64,000 bases of DNA, from the NCBI GenBank assembly GCA_964016885.1, contig OZ024743.1, positions 235,228,001-235,292,000 on the forward strand, written 5' to 3'. Below the pieces are notes generated by a model that ran no database searches, had not been told where the DNA came from, and saw only the letters and a program-made list of their open reading frames with translations. Positions 1 to 12,029 of this stretch are shown in pieces; position 1 is the first letter of the stretch, and each line of letters opens with the position of its first letter. The position numbers and the translations under genes were made by a program. The DNA comes from Eledone cirrhosa. Lineage: Eukaryota.

Positions 1-12
1 CCTTTCTTTCTC

Positions 13-345
13 AGAAAGAAATCGTAGAAGGATCAGCTCCACCAGGTTTTAAATGCCCAAGATACGCACGCAGTATATTATAACGTCACCCCCTACGACT
101 CTATCAAGAGATAACGGCGTTTTACTGTTTCATGCTGTGGTTTGGAGGAGATATTACAGTTATTTCTAGTAGCTTAAGCAACTACAAAGGCTCCAACTGG
201 ATGGAAAGGCAGTGTATAATGTTGTCATTATCCACGTAACACCTAAATGGAGTCATAGGGGTGTCACATACAGTGAGTCTTGAGCATTTAAATCCTAGTG
301 GAACCTATTTCTCTCCGGGTTTGACCACAATTGATTTCTTCCAGA
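13..345. mobile_element. Old MITE-like element with degenerate terminal inverted repeats
   Basis: ctccaccaggttttaaatgcccaaga (37-62) is an imperfect reverse complement of tcttgagcatttaaatcctagtggaac (278-304). The same left end recurs at ~7649-7712. Confidence 0.45.
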
Positions 346-921
346 GGCACTACCATGCTATTAGCTGTCAGAAGTGAGAGTTTCGTCAACCTTCTCAATC
401 GTAAACATCGTTTATTTCCGTATTACCACGACTTCTGACAGCTAATACCATGAACTTAAATGAATTTTCGCCAACAGTGGAGTTACTTCTGACAGCTAAT
501 ACCATGAACTATATTTTCATAGTCATGGTTATCAATGTAGAAAACAAGTCATTTTCACCAACAGTGGAGTTAACTTAAATGAAAATATAGGTGGTCCTTA
601 AAAGGGCCAAATTAGAAAACAAATATATGGATATCAAATTTTTTTCACCAACCCTATACATGAAATTGATAACCATGACTATGAAAATATAAATGATTAA
701 ATCCAATTTATTTGATAACCATGACTTGTTTTCTAATTAACTTAAATTTGTTTTCTAATTTTGCCCTTTTAAGGGCCACCTATATTTTCATTTAAGTAAC
801 ACCACTTACATCGATATGCTTTTTATTAAAATAACGCGTGGTAATACGGAAATAAACGATGTTTACGATTGAGAAGGTTGACGAAACTTTCACTTCTGAC
901 AGCTAATAGCATGGTAGTGCC
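346..921. mobile_element. Merlin (IS1016/IS1595-like) non-autonomous DNA transposon / MITE
   Basis: ~85-bp TIRs starting GGCACTACCATGC and ending GCATGGTAGTGCC. 8-bp TSD CTTCCAGA / TTTCCAGA (7/8). Same termini as the longer copy at 54964-56188, which retains a transposase N-terminus. Confidence 0.8.
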
Positions 922-959
922 TTTCCAGAAAAGAGAGAGTGAAAAAGAGATATAGAAGA

Positions 960-1070
960 AGAACGAAAGGCAAAATTGGCCCTGGCGGTATTTGAACTCA
1001 GAACGCAGAAAGCCGGAACGAATACCACGAAGCGTTCTTTCCGACGCCTTAACAGCTCTGTCAATTCGCT
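960..1070 (-). mobile_element. tRNA-derived SINE fragment (octopus-type)
   Basis: Reverse complement reads tctgagttcaaataccgccagggccaattttgcctttc (B-box-like). Related copies at ~3150-3250, 7100-7300, 7465-7590, 49650-49770 and 51899-52074. Confidence 0.65.
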
Positions 1071-1928
1071 TTAAGGGCCGTATTACTTGCTGAGTTTTCT
1101 CGGAAGACATTATGCTGCCCATCACCCCTGAGAGTTTCTTACAACTCTAATTTCTTACAGAGCTAACTGTTGATTGTTGACAGTATTGCTATTACTTAGT
1201 TTAGCCATGTGCTAATAATTATTATTATCGCTTACTTTAGTCTTTACTTCCGGCAGTTATAACATGCATTTTTACGTTTTGGTTGTTGTTAACTTATATG
1301 TATAAATAATTATTCATGGGTATTATATATAATGTGTGTTATTCTTATTTTTGTTTCGACACATTCTTCTTTGATTCAGCAAACTTATGACCAAAAGGCA
1401 TTCCATTTTCTCTTGACAGTTTAGCTATTTTCGGAAATACAAGCTGATATCTTATTGTCAGGGTTAACCAATGATTTCTTCCTGTTTTTAAAAGCAATAG
1501 GGTGCGATTTGTGGGAGAAATGACTGCTATTACTAACAGGTCGATTAACTATATAGCTGCTTTCTCGTTGGCCCGTTGAGTCATAAGTTGACATTTAAGG
1601 AGATTTGGAAGATAAGACTTCGGCGAATCAGAAATATTGAGGTAAGATCTATTATCTGATGTATTTAACAGAGAGAGAGTTGCTCTGTTTAGTAATTTAA
1701 CTAGAGTTAATTGTTTCAATGATGTGTTGTGTGTAGAGACGTTAATTATTGTTAAGTCAGTTTACGTTAGGGAATGCAGTGTCATTGATGATGAAATGTA
1801 AATGATGTGTAGGCATGAAATACCTGAAAAAGCTTTATTTGGAGATTTGTTTCTGCCGCCATTTCTGTTGTTATTTTTTAGTCAACTGACGCATGCGCAT
1901 CGTGGCAGATATTCCCTCGTTTTCAAAT

Positions 1929-2275
1929 GGAGACGCAGTTGGTTGAATGGTGAAAGAGTTCGCTTAGTAATCATTTGGTCTCGAATTCGATCCACAGCAT
2001 AACATCTTGGGCATGTGTCATTTAACATAGCTTCGGTTTGACCCATGCCTTATGAATGAAATTGGGTAGACGGAAACTGTTTGGAAACCCGTCTGATGGA
2101 CTGTACCTTATAATTCAAAGGATCAGCCTTGTCACTCAGTGTCATTCTGAATCTCCCTGAGAATTACTTTATGGGTACACCTGTCTGTGGAATACTCAGC
2201 TACTTACACATCATTTTCATGAACAGACTGTTCTGTTGATGAAACAACTAGAACACTGATCGTCAAAACTGACGG
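1929..2275 (+). mobile_element. Degraded tRNA-headed SINE
   Basis: A-box/B-box-like head (tggttgaatggt...ttcgatcc) followed by a tcttgggcatgtgtc core. Confidence 0.45.
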
Positions 2276-3703
2276 AGGTACATCGATTCGATTAGTTGAT
2301 GTTTCTATTTTTCATGACTATCTTCTGATCCACAAATTGACATTGAAATTGAGGAAATCGTCCCTGTCTCAAAATTGATTAGCGAATTTTTCATTTTATT
2401 TAGTTAGTTTCTATTGTGTGTTGGATGTGGAGTGACTTGTCTAAGAGCAAAGTTTCAATTATCCACCTCTTTTTGATAGAATTATGAAAGTGTTTCTTAA
2501 GTACATTACTGGGTTCAGAATATCATTGATTTTATTCTTGCTAGTCCATTGTTTGCGACATACTCATCTTATTGATATTCAGTTTTGATAACAATTTTGC
2601 TTGATGAACGCTATCAAATCGACATATTTGATTCTGATATTCTATCTATAGTCTCGCAACGCGCACACAAACTGTCTATATATATATGCATATATATTCA
2701 GTTTTCCTCTCACCTCACCTATACATCGTTGTCGATGCACACGGTTATTACACATCCGAACCTTCTCATATCCCCTGCAAATAGTGTTCATATTTCACTA
2801 CCATGCAACATCATATTTGATGCACAGACATAGTACAAGCCTACCAAATGAGGTACTTTTTTCACCCAGTTTTTATTTTAGGCACTAACCTTTCAGAGTA
2901 CTTTCTTCCACTGCTAATTAAATCGAAGTAACAAAAGATATCAATTACTTATATGGAACTTTCTTTGTATTGGGAAGAATTTATTTCACTGGTGAGATTG
3001 ATGCAGTTGATATCCAGCATGAGCATGTTATGTTCAACAACATAAGCCGGAAGGGAACTGGAGTTCTGGTCAGAATATTTACCATAAGATAAGGTGTTAA
3101 GACTTACCTTAGATATGTTCTTGTGTATTTGCTGTCACTCAGAGTTACGTCACTTTACATTCTGAGTTCAAATCCCACTGAACTTAGTTTTGCTTTTCAT
3201 CCTTACTGGGTTGATAAAGTACCAGTAACGCACTGGGGTCAATTTAATCAGAAACCATATTTGCTCTCACTAGAATAAACTGATTTGGAAGGTTTGATCT
3301 GTTGGCTTAACCGAGGCAAATGAACATAGGCAACACCTGTGTCAGTATGGACAAATGTTTCACCCCTGTATAATTCATGCATCAAACATTTTGTATAGTA
3401 AACCTATCTACATATATTGTGTACAATAAATACAGCTAGAAATATTGTATATTTTAGTACAGCATAATCCCATCTATATTTTTTTAGCTCCCAGCTGCTC
3501 CTTGAATGATATAGTGTTAGCTTTTTAAACTTATATTCGAAAGATGCAGATCTGCTATAAATATTTAGTTTTATGTTTCTTAAATTCCATGTTAATGTTG
3601 GTTTTCCTGTATTTCAGGAGATATTTCCATCTTGAAAACTATATTTCTAAATGAAGCCGTTATCATTGAACAGTTAGCCATAATCTGCATTACTGTGACT
3701 ATT

Positions 3704-5251
3704 ATGAGTTCTGTGGTACAGAAACATACTAGCATAATGGAAAACAGCATAGTTAATGCAGTAAAGGGAAAATACTCATGTAAACGTACTGGACTGAAAT
3801 CATATAACTGTGATATATGCGGTAAGGTATTTTTGTACAATAGCTATTTAAAAACACATAAACTTGTTCATGCAGCAGAGAAACCATACAGCTGTGATGT
3901 CTGTGATAGAGCTTTCAGACAGGATTCTCACCTAAAGATGCACAAAAGGATACATACAGGAGAGAAACCATTCCAATGTAAAATCTGTGGTAAATCTTTC
4001 TCACGAAATGGTACCTTGAGATACCATATATCAGTTCATTCGGGAGTGAAACGATTCTGTTGTGAGATTTGTGGCAAGTCTTTCTCAACTAATGTTGTAT
4101 TAAAGCAACATATGGTGCTTCATACTGGAGATAAACCATACAAATGCAACATCTGCGATGAAGCATTCTCAAGAAAAAATCAGTTATCCAGGCATAAAAT
4201 GGTTCATACTGGTCAGAAACCATTTCACTGTGAAATTTGTGGTAAAACATTTTTCAATAGAAGTCTCTTAATGAAGCATGGTATGATTCACACAGGAGAA
4301 AGCCCATATCATTGTGATATTTGTGGTAAAATATTTGCATACAACAGTATTTTAAAGGACCACCAACTTGCTCATACTGTAGAAAAGCCATACAGTTGTA
4401 GTGTTTGTAGTAAAGCTTTCAACAGAAATTCTTCACTAAAGAGGCATATAATGATTCACACAGGAGAGAAACCATTCCACTGTGAAATTTGTGGTAAAAC
4501 CTTTATAATTAATAGTTTATTAAAGCAGCATATGTTAGTTCATACTGGAGATAAATTGTACAAATGTGAAATTTGTGATGAATCATTCTCTAGAAAAGGT
4601 GAATTTACTAAGCATAAAATGGTTCATAATGGAGTGAAACCTTACTACTGCAACTTTTGTGGTAATACTTTCTGGAGTAATGCTGACTTAATGAAACATA
4701 AGATGGTCCATGCAGCAGAATCTTATGCTTCTAATCCACAAGGGTGTAATATATGTGGTAAAATATTTGCAAGACGTCAAAATTTAAAGAGACATAAACT
4801 CCTTCATACAGGAGAGAAACCCTACTGTTGTGAAATCTGTGGTAAATCATTCTCATGCAAGGATTACTTAAAGAACCATAAACTAATTCATACTGGAGTG
4901 AAGCCATACAGCTGTGATATTTGTGGGAGAGCATTTTTATTGAAAGCTAACAGAGATAGACATAAAAAAGTTCACACAGGAGAGAAACCATACCACTGTG
5001 AAATTTGTGGTAAAACTTTCTCAGAAAATTCTACTTTGAAAGGCCATAAATTAGTTCATTCAGGAGAAAGGCCCTATGAGTGTGAGATTTGTCATAAGAC
5101 TTACTTATGTATTAGAGATTTGAATAAACATTATGTAATTCATACAAACAAGACACATAAATGCGAAATCTGTGGTAAAACCTTCTGGTATAAAAGTAAC
5201 TTAAATCAGCATAGCATGGTTCACACTGAAAAGAAATCACCATCATCATGA
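3704..5251 (+). CDS. Tandem C2H2 zinc-finger protein, 17 fingers, no effector domain visible
   Basis: Uninterrupted ORF with 17 CxxC-x12-HxxxH motifs and TGEKPY-type linkers. First ATG at 3704. Good splice acceptor tttcctgtatttcag at 3603-3617; a possible upstream donor GAG|GTAAGA at 1641/1642 is inferred. Confidence 0.93.
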   Translation: MSSVVQKHTSIMENSIVNAVKGKYSCKRTGLKSYNCDICGKVFLYNSYLKTHKLVHAAEKPYSCDVCDRAFRQDSHLKMHKRIHTGEKPFQCKICGKSFSRNGTLRYHISVHSGVKRFCCEICGKSFSTNVVLKQHMVLHTGDKPYKCNICDEAFSRKNQLSRHKMVHTGQKPFHCEICGKTFFNRSLLMKHGMIHTGESPYHCDICGKIFAYNSILKDHQLAHTVEKPYSCSVCSKAFNRNSSLKRHIMIHTGEKPFHCEICGKTFIINSLLKQHMLVHTGDKLYKCEICDESFSRKGEFTKHKMVHNGVKPYYCNFCGNTFWSNADLMKHKMVHAAESYASNPQGCNICGKIFARRQNLKRHKLLHTGEKPYCCEICGKSFSCKDYLKNHKLIHTGVKPYSCDICGRAFLLKANRDRHKKVHTGEKPYHCEICGKTFSENSTLKGHKLVHSGERPYECEICHKTYLCIRDLNKHYVIHTNKTHKCEICGKTFWYKSNLNQHSMVHTEKKSPSS

Positions 5252-5364
5252 GCAGCAGCACTGTTTTAACATTCTTTCATGTTATACTACAGTATCTGGT
5301 ATTATCACTTCATCCAAGTGATACTTCACAATCTATTAGCAATGAAGCAATGATCATGAAGATC

Positions 5365-5690
5365 ATTCTCTGCTGGACTGGACACATAATCCACATAGAT
5401 AAGTCCTGATTGCCAAGGATAGTGCTTTATGATGAACTAACTGGTTTCTCATCAATATAGTGGTCCTAAGAAGCATTGGAAAGACCAGTTGAAGTACATG
5501 CTCACAGCCCGTGCAATTCCTGCTGAGGATTTTGAAGGACTCGCTGCATATCAGAAAAGGTAGAAGAGAGTTGTATATAATGGTGTGCAACAATTTGAAG
5601 CTGAACACACGAGGCAATGGGATGTTCAAAGGGCAACCTGGCACCATTGTCAAATTTGGTCATTCAACAGTAACAATGTGGTTTTACATT
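5365..5690 (+). mobile_element. Highly degraded RTE LINE ORF 3' remnant
   Basis: Translates in pieces as L-W-TGHI...LYDEL...HWKDQLK, resembling the RTE C-terminus at 28890-29100. Confidence 0.5.
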
Positions 5691-8021
5691 CATGTCCAGT
5701 TTGTTCCTTGGATCTGTCTTTCATATATTAGATGTACATCACAACTGCATGCTCATGAAAAGTATGGTTAAGATATCTGATCAAAAGAAGCAACATTATC
5801 ATCAAATCTATTGACAGCCAGCAATAGCAGCATTGATACTCATCTTCATCTGTTATATTGTTGACACGTGGAATTTTATCATTCATCACATCCCATTTGA
5901 TTAGCATCATCATAGTGAAAGTGCCTTCTTCATACACTGGTTGATAACCAGCTTCTCTGTTAGTTCAATTTGTACTCAATATTTTATGCAAGTTAGCATT
6001 AAGCATTCAACATACTCTCGATATTTCTCTTCTACATTCAAGATTCCTGACTCATTATACTATACATCATACTCCTGTGCCTTAGTCATTAACAGGAACG
6101 CCAGCTATTTGATCTTCTCTCACCTCTTCCACAGCACTAATTAGATCACCTTGGTAACAATCTACAAACTACATCTAGCAAAGCATCTAAGACATACACC
6201 AACTGTTAGCTATTCCTTTACTTTTAAAGTGTTGCAGCGTTTGATAATAGTTCTACTTATTTAAAATGTCTTACAGGTGTGTGGGGCAAAGGCCTGTGAA
6301 ATTTGTAAAAAGACATTTGAAAGGCGAAATAAACTGAATTATAGTAATTCATTGCTGTACAATTTATAGTAAAGAATATTTCATGTAAGGAGAATAATAT
6401 GGATTTAAACTTAAACTTATGCTGCTTTACAATTTGTGGATTTACAACCACCTTACAAGGTGAACTGGGTGCTTCTTGTAATGTCACCAGCACAACCATC
6501 ATTCAGGGTTAGATTGGGTGATTTATTTTTCTTTTGTCGCCAACATGACCATGCTAAATGGTGGGCAGAGAGCCCCTTGTCACCAGCATGACCAGCTTAC
6601 AGGGTGGACTGGGTGCTTTTGTTGTGGCACCAGATCACCATACATGGTGGACTAACATGTAATTACTTTTTCTGGGAGAAGTGCATCTCTCCATTTTTTT
6701 AAGTAGGGTACGGTTCTTTGTATGTCTAACCACTGAGCAGTGAGGTCACTGTTAACATAAAGCACAAATATCACTGCCTGCATTGTCGAATGCAAAGGGA
6801 AGAGACAAATACAGACATACGTGTACACATATACATCAATCCACACACACACACACACATCATCATATATATATAATGTGAGTGTGGATATATAAGGCAA
6901 AAAGGGACAATGATAGTAAACCAAAATTCCAGACATGGAGGAAGAATTTGGAATCGAGGTATTGGTATGTTTTGGGAATTTCAAGTTGAAGGCAATGTGG
7001 GTTTTGGTATGGAGATGAACGTTGTTAATCTTATTGAAAGATATTATGGGGCTATTTCTGACAAAAAAAATGTTGAGTTTTTAGCAGTCAAAAGTTAATG
7101 GTTTCTAACATAGGCACGGGCAGTTATTTTTGGAGAGGGGAAATCAATTATATCGATTCTGGTACTTGACTGGTTCTTTATTTTATCGACCTAAGAAAGA
7201 TGAAAGGCAAAATTGGCTTTAGTGGATTTGAACTCAGAATGTAAAGGGCTTTAACTAAATACCACAAAGCTTGTCTGGCACTAATGATTCTGCCAATCCA
7301 TCATCCTCTGCTATCTTGCTGGAAATTCTGAAATATGATACTACACATTCAAAGGAAAAGGAATCAACTCTCAAGGAGTTCAACGGTATATATACCACTG
7401 ATGGAAACATTTGAAAACAATCTTATTTAGCCCATCATGTTGCTTAATTTCATTAAAAATGCAGTAAATTAGCAGAGTTGATAGAATCCTTTGCAGCATT
7501 AGTTCCGACTCTCTGAATTCATAAGCCACTGAGATTAATTTTACCCATCATCCTTTTGAGGTTGGTATAAAAGTGCAGTCCAATATTGGGTGAATTCTTC
7601 TTCCATATCTATTTCTCACTCCCCCTCCCTCTCTCTCTCTCCTTCTCTAGAAGAAATCAGCCGTGTTTAGACCTGGAGAGAGATTGGGCTCCACCAGGTT
7701 TAAAATGTCCAATACATGCCGTATGTCACTGCATTTCCCCCAATGGTTCCTTTGGGAGATACAGGTCCATATAATACAATACATGAGGTAAAAAGTGAAT
7801 AATGTCCCATAAAATAATAAAAAATTCAACTGAATATGATCTATAAAATTTAATATTTTTTACTTTAAAATATTCCAAAGGATTATCTGATCAGCTCTTA
7901 ACTAATAAATTTGTTTTTGAGATTCAAATTTCTTTCATTTTGATTTTATATTTTAATGTGAAATATTTATGTAATTAAGTATTATATATATTTGTGTGCA
8001 TAAATTTCATTCTGTAAATAT

Positions 8022-9215
8022 TATGAAATCACTGCCAAATGCCATTGCTTAGATGCTTTTCCAGAGATCCAGGTTACTTGGCACACATGAGTCAGCCAGA
8101 CAATACTTTCTCTATTTAAGGCTTTTAACATCTCAGGCGGAATTTCATCCTCCACAGTGAACTTGCCACATTTGAACTCTTTAATTGCTCTTCTGACCTC
8201 AGCCTCTGAGAGATTAGTCATTGCTCCTAGATGCATCTCATGTACATCAGAAGATACTGTATGACCAGTTTTAGGAGATCAGAAAAGTATTCTCTCCACC
8301 TTGCGAGGATACAGTTCTCAAAAGAAAAAAGAACCCAGACACATTCCTGATAGTAGGTGTGGAGGAGGACTTTTATTATGAAGTCAACAGATGGTTTGCC
8401 AGAACACTTTATTTGCTGATCTGAAGTTGGATTCCAGCTTACTGCCAAAGTCCTTCCATATGTTAATTTAGGACACCTTTACTGACTCTGCTGCGACTTT
8501 TTGTACCTTCTTGTACTGCAAATGTAAGGAGGACGTATTTCCAAGCCAAGCTTTGAGGGCCTACTTTTCCGGCACCACACCAAGTCACTTTTAACCACAG
8601 TGTTTAATAGCTGAAGGGAGACAAGAATGGTTACTCCAATTACAGAGGGATCTCCATGTTAAGCCTCCCAGGTAAAGTCTGCTAAGCGTCTGGCAAAGAG
8701 ATCTAGGCAAATTGTCAAGTCCAAGGTAGCTGATGAACAGTGTTTTCGCACTGGACACAGCACAGTTGACCAAATCACATTGTAGCAGGTGAATAGTTGC
8801 TTTGTAGACCTTGAAAAGGCATATGACTGCATTCCATGGAACATACTGTGTAAGGATTTGCAGTTCTTGTTGCCCTGATGCCTCTATACCGACACACTAG
8901 TATTTTTGTTTGGATAGATGTCACATCTGTTCATTATCTTCATGGATAGAATTGACATGGGCAGCCTGGTTAGAAGTAGTAGAAACTGGCGAGTTAGGAT
9001 CAATCAGCTGGAATTTGCAAGCGGCAAGGTATTACTTGTCAGGTGATCTCCAAATTGCACTCCATAGGTTTGAGCCTACACAGTGCACTCTGCATGAGAG
9101 TGGAAAAGTTCAAGTATCTCGGGGCTGTGTTCACGAGTGATAGAAGGCAGGAGGCTGAATGAAGTGCAAGAATTGCAGGAGCTGGTGCAGTAATGCACCA
9201 GCTTCAGTATTCATG
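8022..9215. mobile_element. Degraded RTE LINE fragments in opposite orientations (minus ~8022-8590, plus ~8590-9215)
   Basis: Minus: RWREYFSDLL, SEAEVRRAIK..K.GK...DEIPPEMLK. Plus: CFVDLEKAYD at ~8798-8827 and an EKFKYLG remnant. Confidence 0.65.
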
Positions 9216-9564
9216 AGCAATTTCAATAATTTGTTAATTAACCTCACAAAAATAAATAATCTTATTTTACACAAGAAAAAAATAAAATAGAAAATATTCA
9301 TATTTTACCTAAAAAATATTTCAGTATTTGATCTTAAAAAGAAAAAGTGAACAAAAATGTTTCTTATTTATATTTACTAATGAAGTGAAAGTAAAAGGAG
9401 ATCTCTTTATTGGCAGGTTTCATAACACCAATTCATACTTCATTGAAACGCTAGTAGACATACTGTTTATGGGTAACCTAGATAAGTGTCACTATAGACA
9501 TTAGAGCTGTGTTGATATAATTTTCACTGTAACTGGCACGCACACACACCATCACCATCACCAT

Positions 9565-10450
9565 TTTACGTGTTTTCCATGTTTTCAAAGGATAGCTGGT
9601 TTGTCACATTCTGAGACTGAGAGGTCAGATCACTTAGTCTTGCTTACCTGCTCCATTTTGACATGGTTTCTACAGCTGAATGTCCTTCTTGATGCCAGTC
9701 ACTTTACAGGATACACTAGGTGAATTTCATTGTAGCAACCGCATTACCCTCTTACACAGTGCTGTGGGTGCATTTTATCATGGGATTAGCACTGTCACTT
9801 TAAACTGTATTAGGTGTATTTTCTTCAGCACCAGCACTACCCCTTTACAATGTACTGGGTGCATTTTATCATGCCACTAGCACTACCATTTTACAGTGCA
9901 CTGGATGTATTTTATGTCACCAGCATCACCACATTAAAGGTTGTACTGAGTGCATTTTATTCTATCACCAGCACAACTACTTTAGAGAGTGGGCTTTAGA
10001 CAATGGGCTTCCCACAGATTCTGTGTACCAAATTCACACTCAAAGCATTGGTTGACCCACTACTGTATATATATATATATATAAGTTAGTCATGTTGATG
10101 GCAAGACAGAAGGCACCCCACCTGCCTGTGGAGTGGTCGGGTTAGTAGTACATGACAATAAACGCCCAGCCCACCCTGTAAAGTGGCCGTGACAGTGACA
10201 CGAGAAAAGCACCCAACCCAACCTGTGAAGGGGTCGTGTTGGAGACATCATAAAAAAGTGTCCAATCCACACTGTAAAGTGGTCGTTATGGTGATGCGAC
10301 AAAAGTGCCCAGTCCACACTATAAAGTGGTAATTTTGGTGCCACGACTAAAAGCACCCAGTCCACTCTGTAAAGTGATTTTGTTGGTGGCATTACAAAAA
10401 GCACCCAGTCCACAATGTAAAGTAGTTGTGCTGGTGTCATGACAAAAAGC
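9565..10450. repeat. Two arrays of a ~48-bp RTE/SINE-tail unit in opposite orientation (minus 9565-9990, plus 10095-10450)
   Basis: Unit aaaagcacccagtccacactgtaaagtggtcg... is repeated ~6-7 times on plus, and its complement ctttacagtgtactgggtgcatttt is repeated on the left. Confidence 0.7.
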
Positions 10451-10454
10451 GTCT

Positions 10455-10880
10455 CCTGGCTCTGGTAAATATCCCCTCAGTTCTGGAGCTGGTTGGATTA
10501 TCCAGAAGTAATGGGAAGAGACCAGACAACCTTACCCTTTGTCCCTGGATAAGAGGTAGGTGTCTCTTCTGGGACGCCACAGTCAGCGACTCCTTTGCTC
10601 ATGGATACCGTGGTAAATGTGGAGGTCACTGCTGCCGTTGCTGAACTGAATATAATTTGTAAATACCTGGATTTATCCAGTAATTATTTTTTCCAGCCTG
10701 TGTCCATTCGAGACGTTTGGTGGAGTTGGGCTGCTGACAGCAAAGTTGTTCTTATCCCTGGCGACCTACCTTATGAAGTGTCAGGTGATGCTTGTGAGTA
10801 TGCCTGGTTGATTCAGCGCCTTAGCTTTGCCATCACCAGTGTGGATGTATTGCAGATTGTCACACTTGGTGGTGAATTCC
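10455..10880 (+). mobile_element. CRE-like non-LTR retrotransposon fragment (restriction-like endonuclease domain)
   Basis: RSNGKRPDNLTLCPWIRGRCLFWDATVSD, then FFQPV.. and AWLIQRLSFAI motifs across frameshifts. Confidence 0.75.
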
Positions 10881-12029
10881 TCCCCCCTCCCCTTTTTCCT
10901 TCTTTTATCACTTTTGTTCATGAATTTATATTATTGTGTTATTATACACGGTTTAGACATATTTGTCCTTCATTACACAACCTTAATAAAATGAATATAT
11001 TTGGAGCTAACAATGAAAACAACGACACTTAACACATAATGCTCGGTTAGCATTAAAATATTGAAACTTCATGAATATATTTTATACTCATGAGAATTTC
11101 AAAACCACACCATCTGAACATAATGTGTTGATTAGTTGTCTCGGCTTATAAACGGGATTTTGTTTTATTGCCCATTTCTCAGACACAAAATAGGGTCAAC
11201 ATATATTCGAGTATATACGGTACATAAATGTTCAGCATATATGTACAAATGATATACAAACTTATATGTACAAATGACATACAAGCTTATATGTACAAAT
11301 AAAGGACAAATGTACGATTAGAAGCCAAGACTTGTTATTGGAAAACAAAATTATTGTAGCAACATGACTGAAATTTACATTATGTATGTAAATTTCTAAG
11401 AATCACAGACTGAGTTATATATAAATATACAAACACACCTAACGTATTATAAGTTTCATGAAAATTTACTGATGACGAGACATACATGACGCATTTGTAG
11501 AATCGAGTTTATCGGTGCTTCTACTTTATTATAATACACCAACTCGTAAACTTGTTTCAGTTTTGAAGACAGAATTGAATACAGGCAGACTTGAAGTCAA
11601 AGATACTAGAAACAAGCTTTTTTGAAATGAATGTCGGCATCTCATTAATTGGTAATTTTGATTTAGTTAATATTGTGTCTACAGTGTTTGCATGTTGATT
11701 TTTTTAAAGAAACTTTTTTATTCAAGCATAATATTTAAACAGGTCTTCACTTCCCAGTTATGTATTTTACATCCACTTGGCAACACATAAAACATCTACA
11801 ATAGTTTCTTATAAAGAAACCACAGCATTTCTTTACAAAAATAAAACAAAAAAGAAAACGTTTATAAAGTAAGAAAGGATAAAAATTAAGAAACGATTTT
11901 AGTAACACATTGAAACAATCAAGAAGTAAAACGAAAGTCAGACGAAACTAACTTGGTTTCCGTTTGTATTCTCCTACGTGTATTTATTAATATTCGACGA
12001 CTACATGTGTGTATGTATATAAGCTGCCA

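Noticed and set aside
11465-11515. CTGATGA followed by a hairpin
   Set aside because: No GAAA and no stem I/III partner; not called as a hammerhead.
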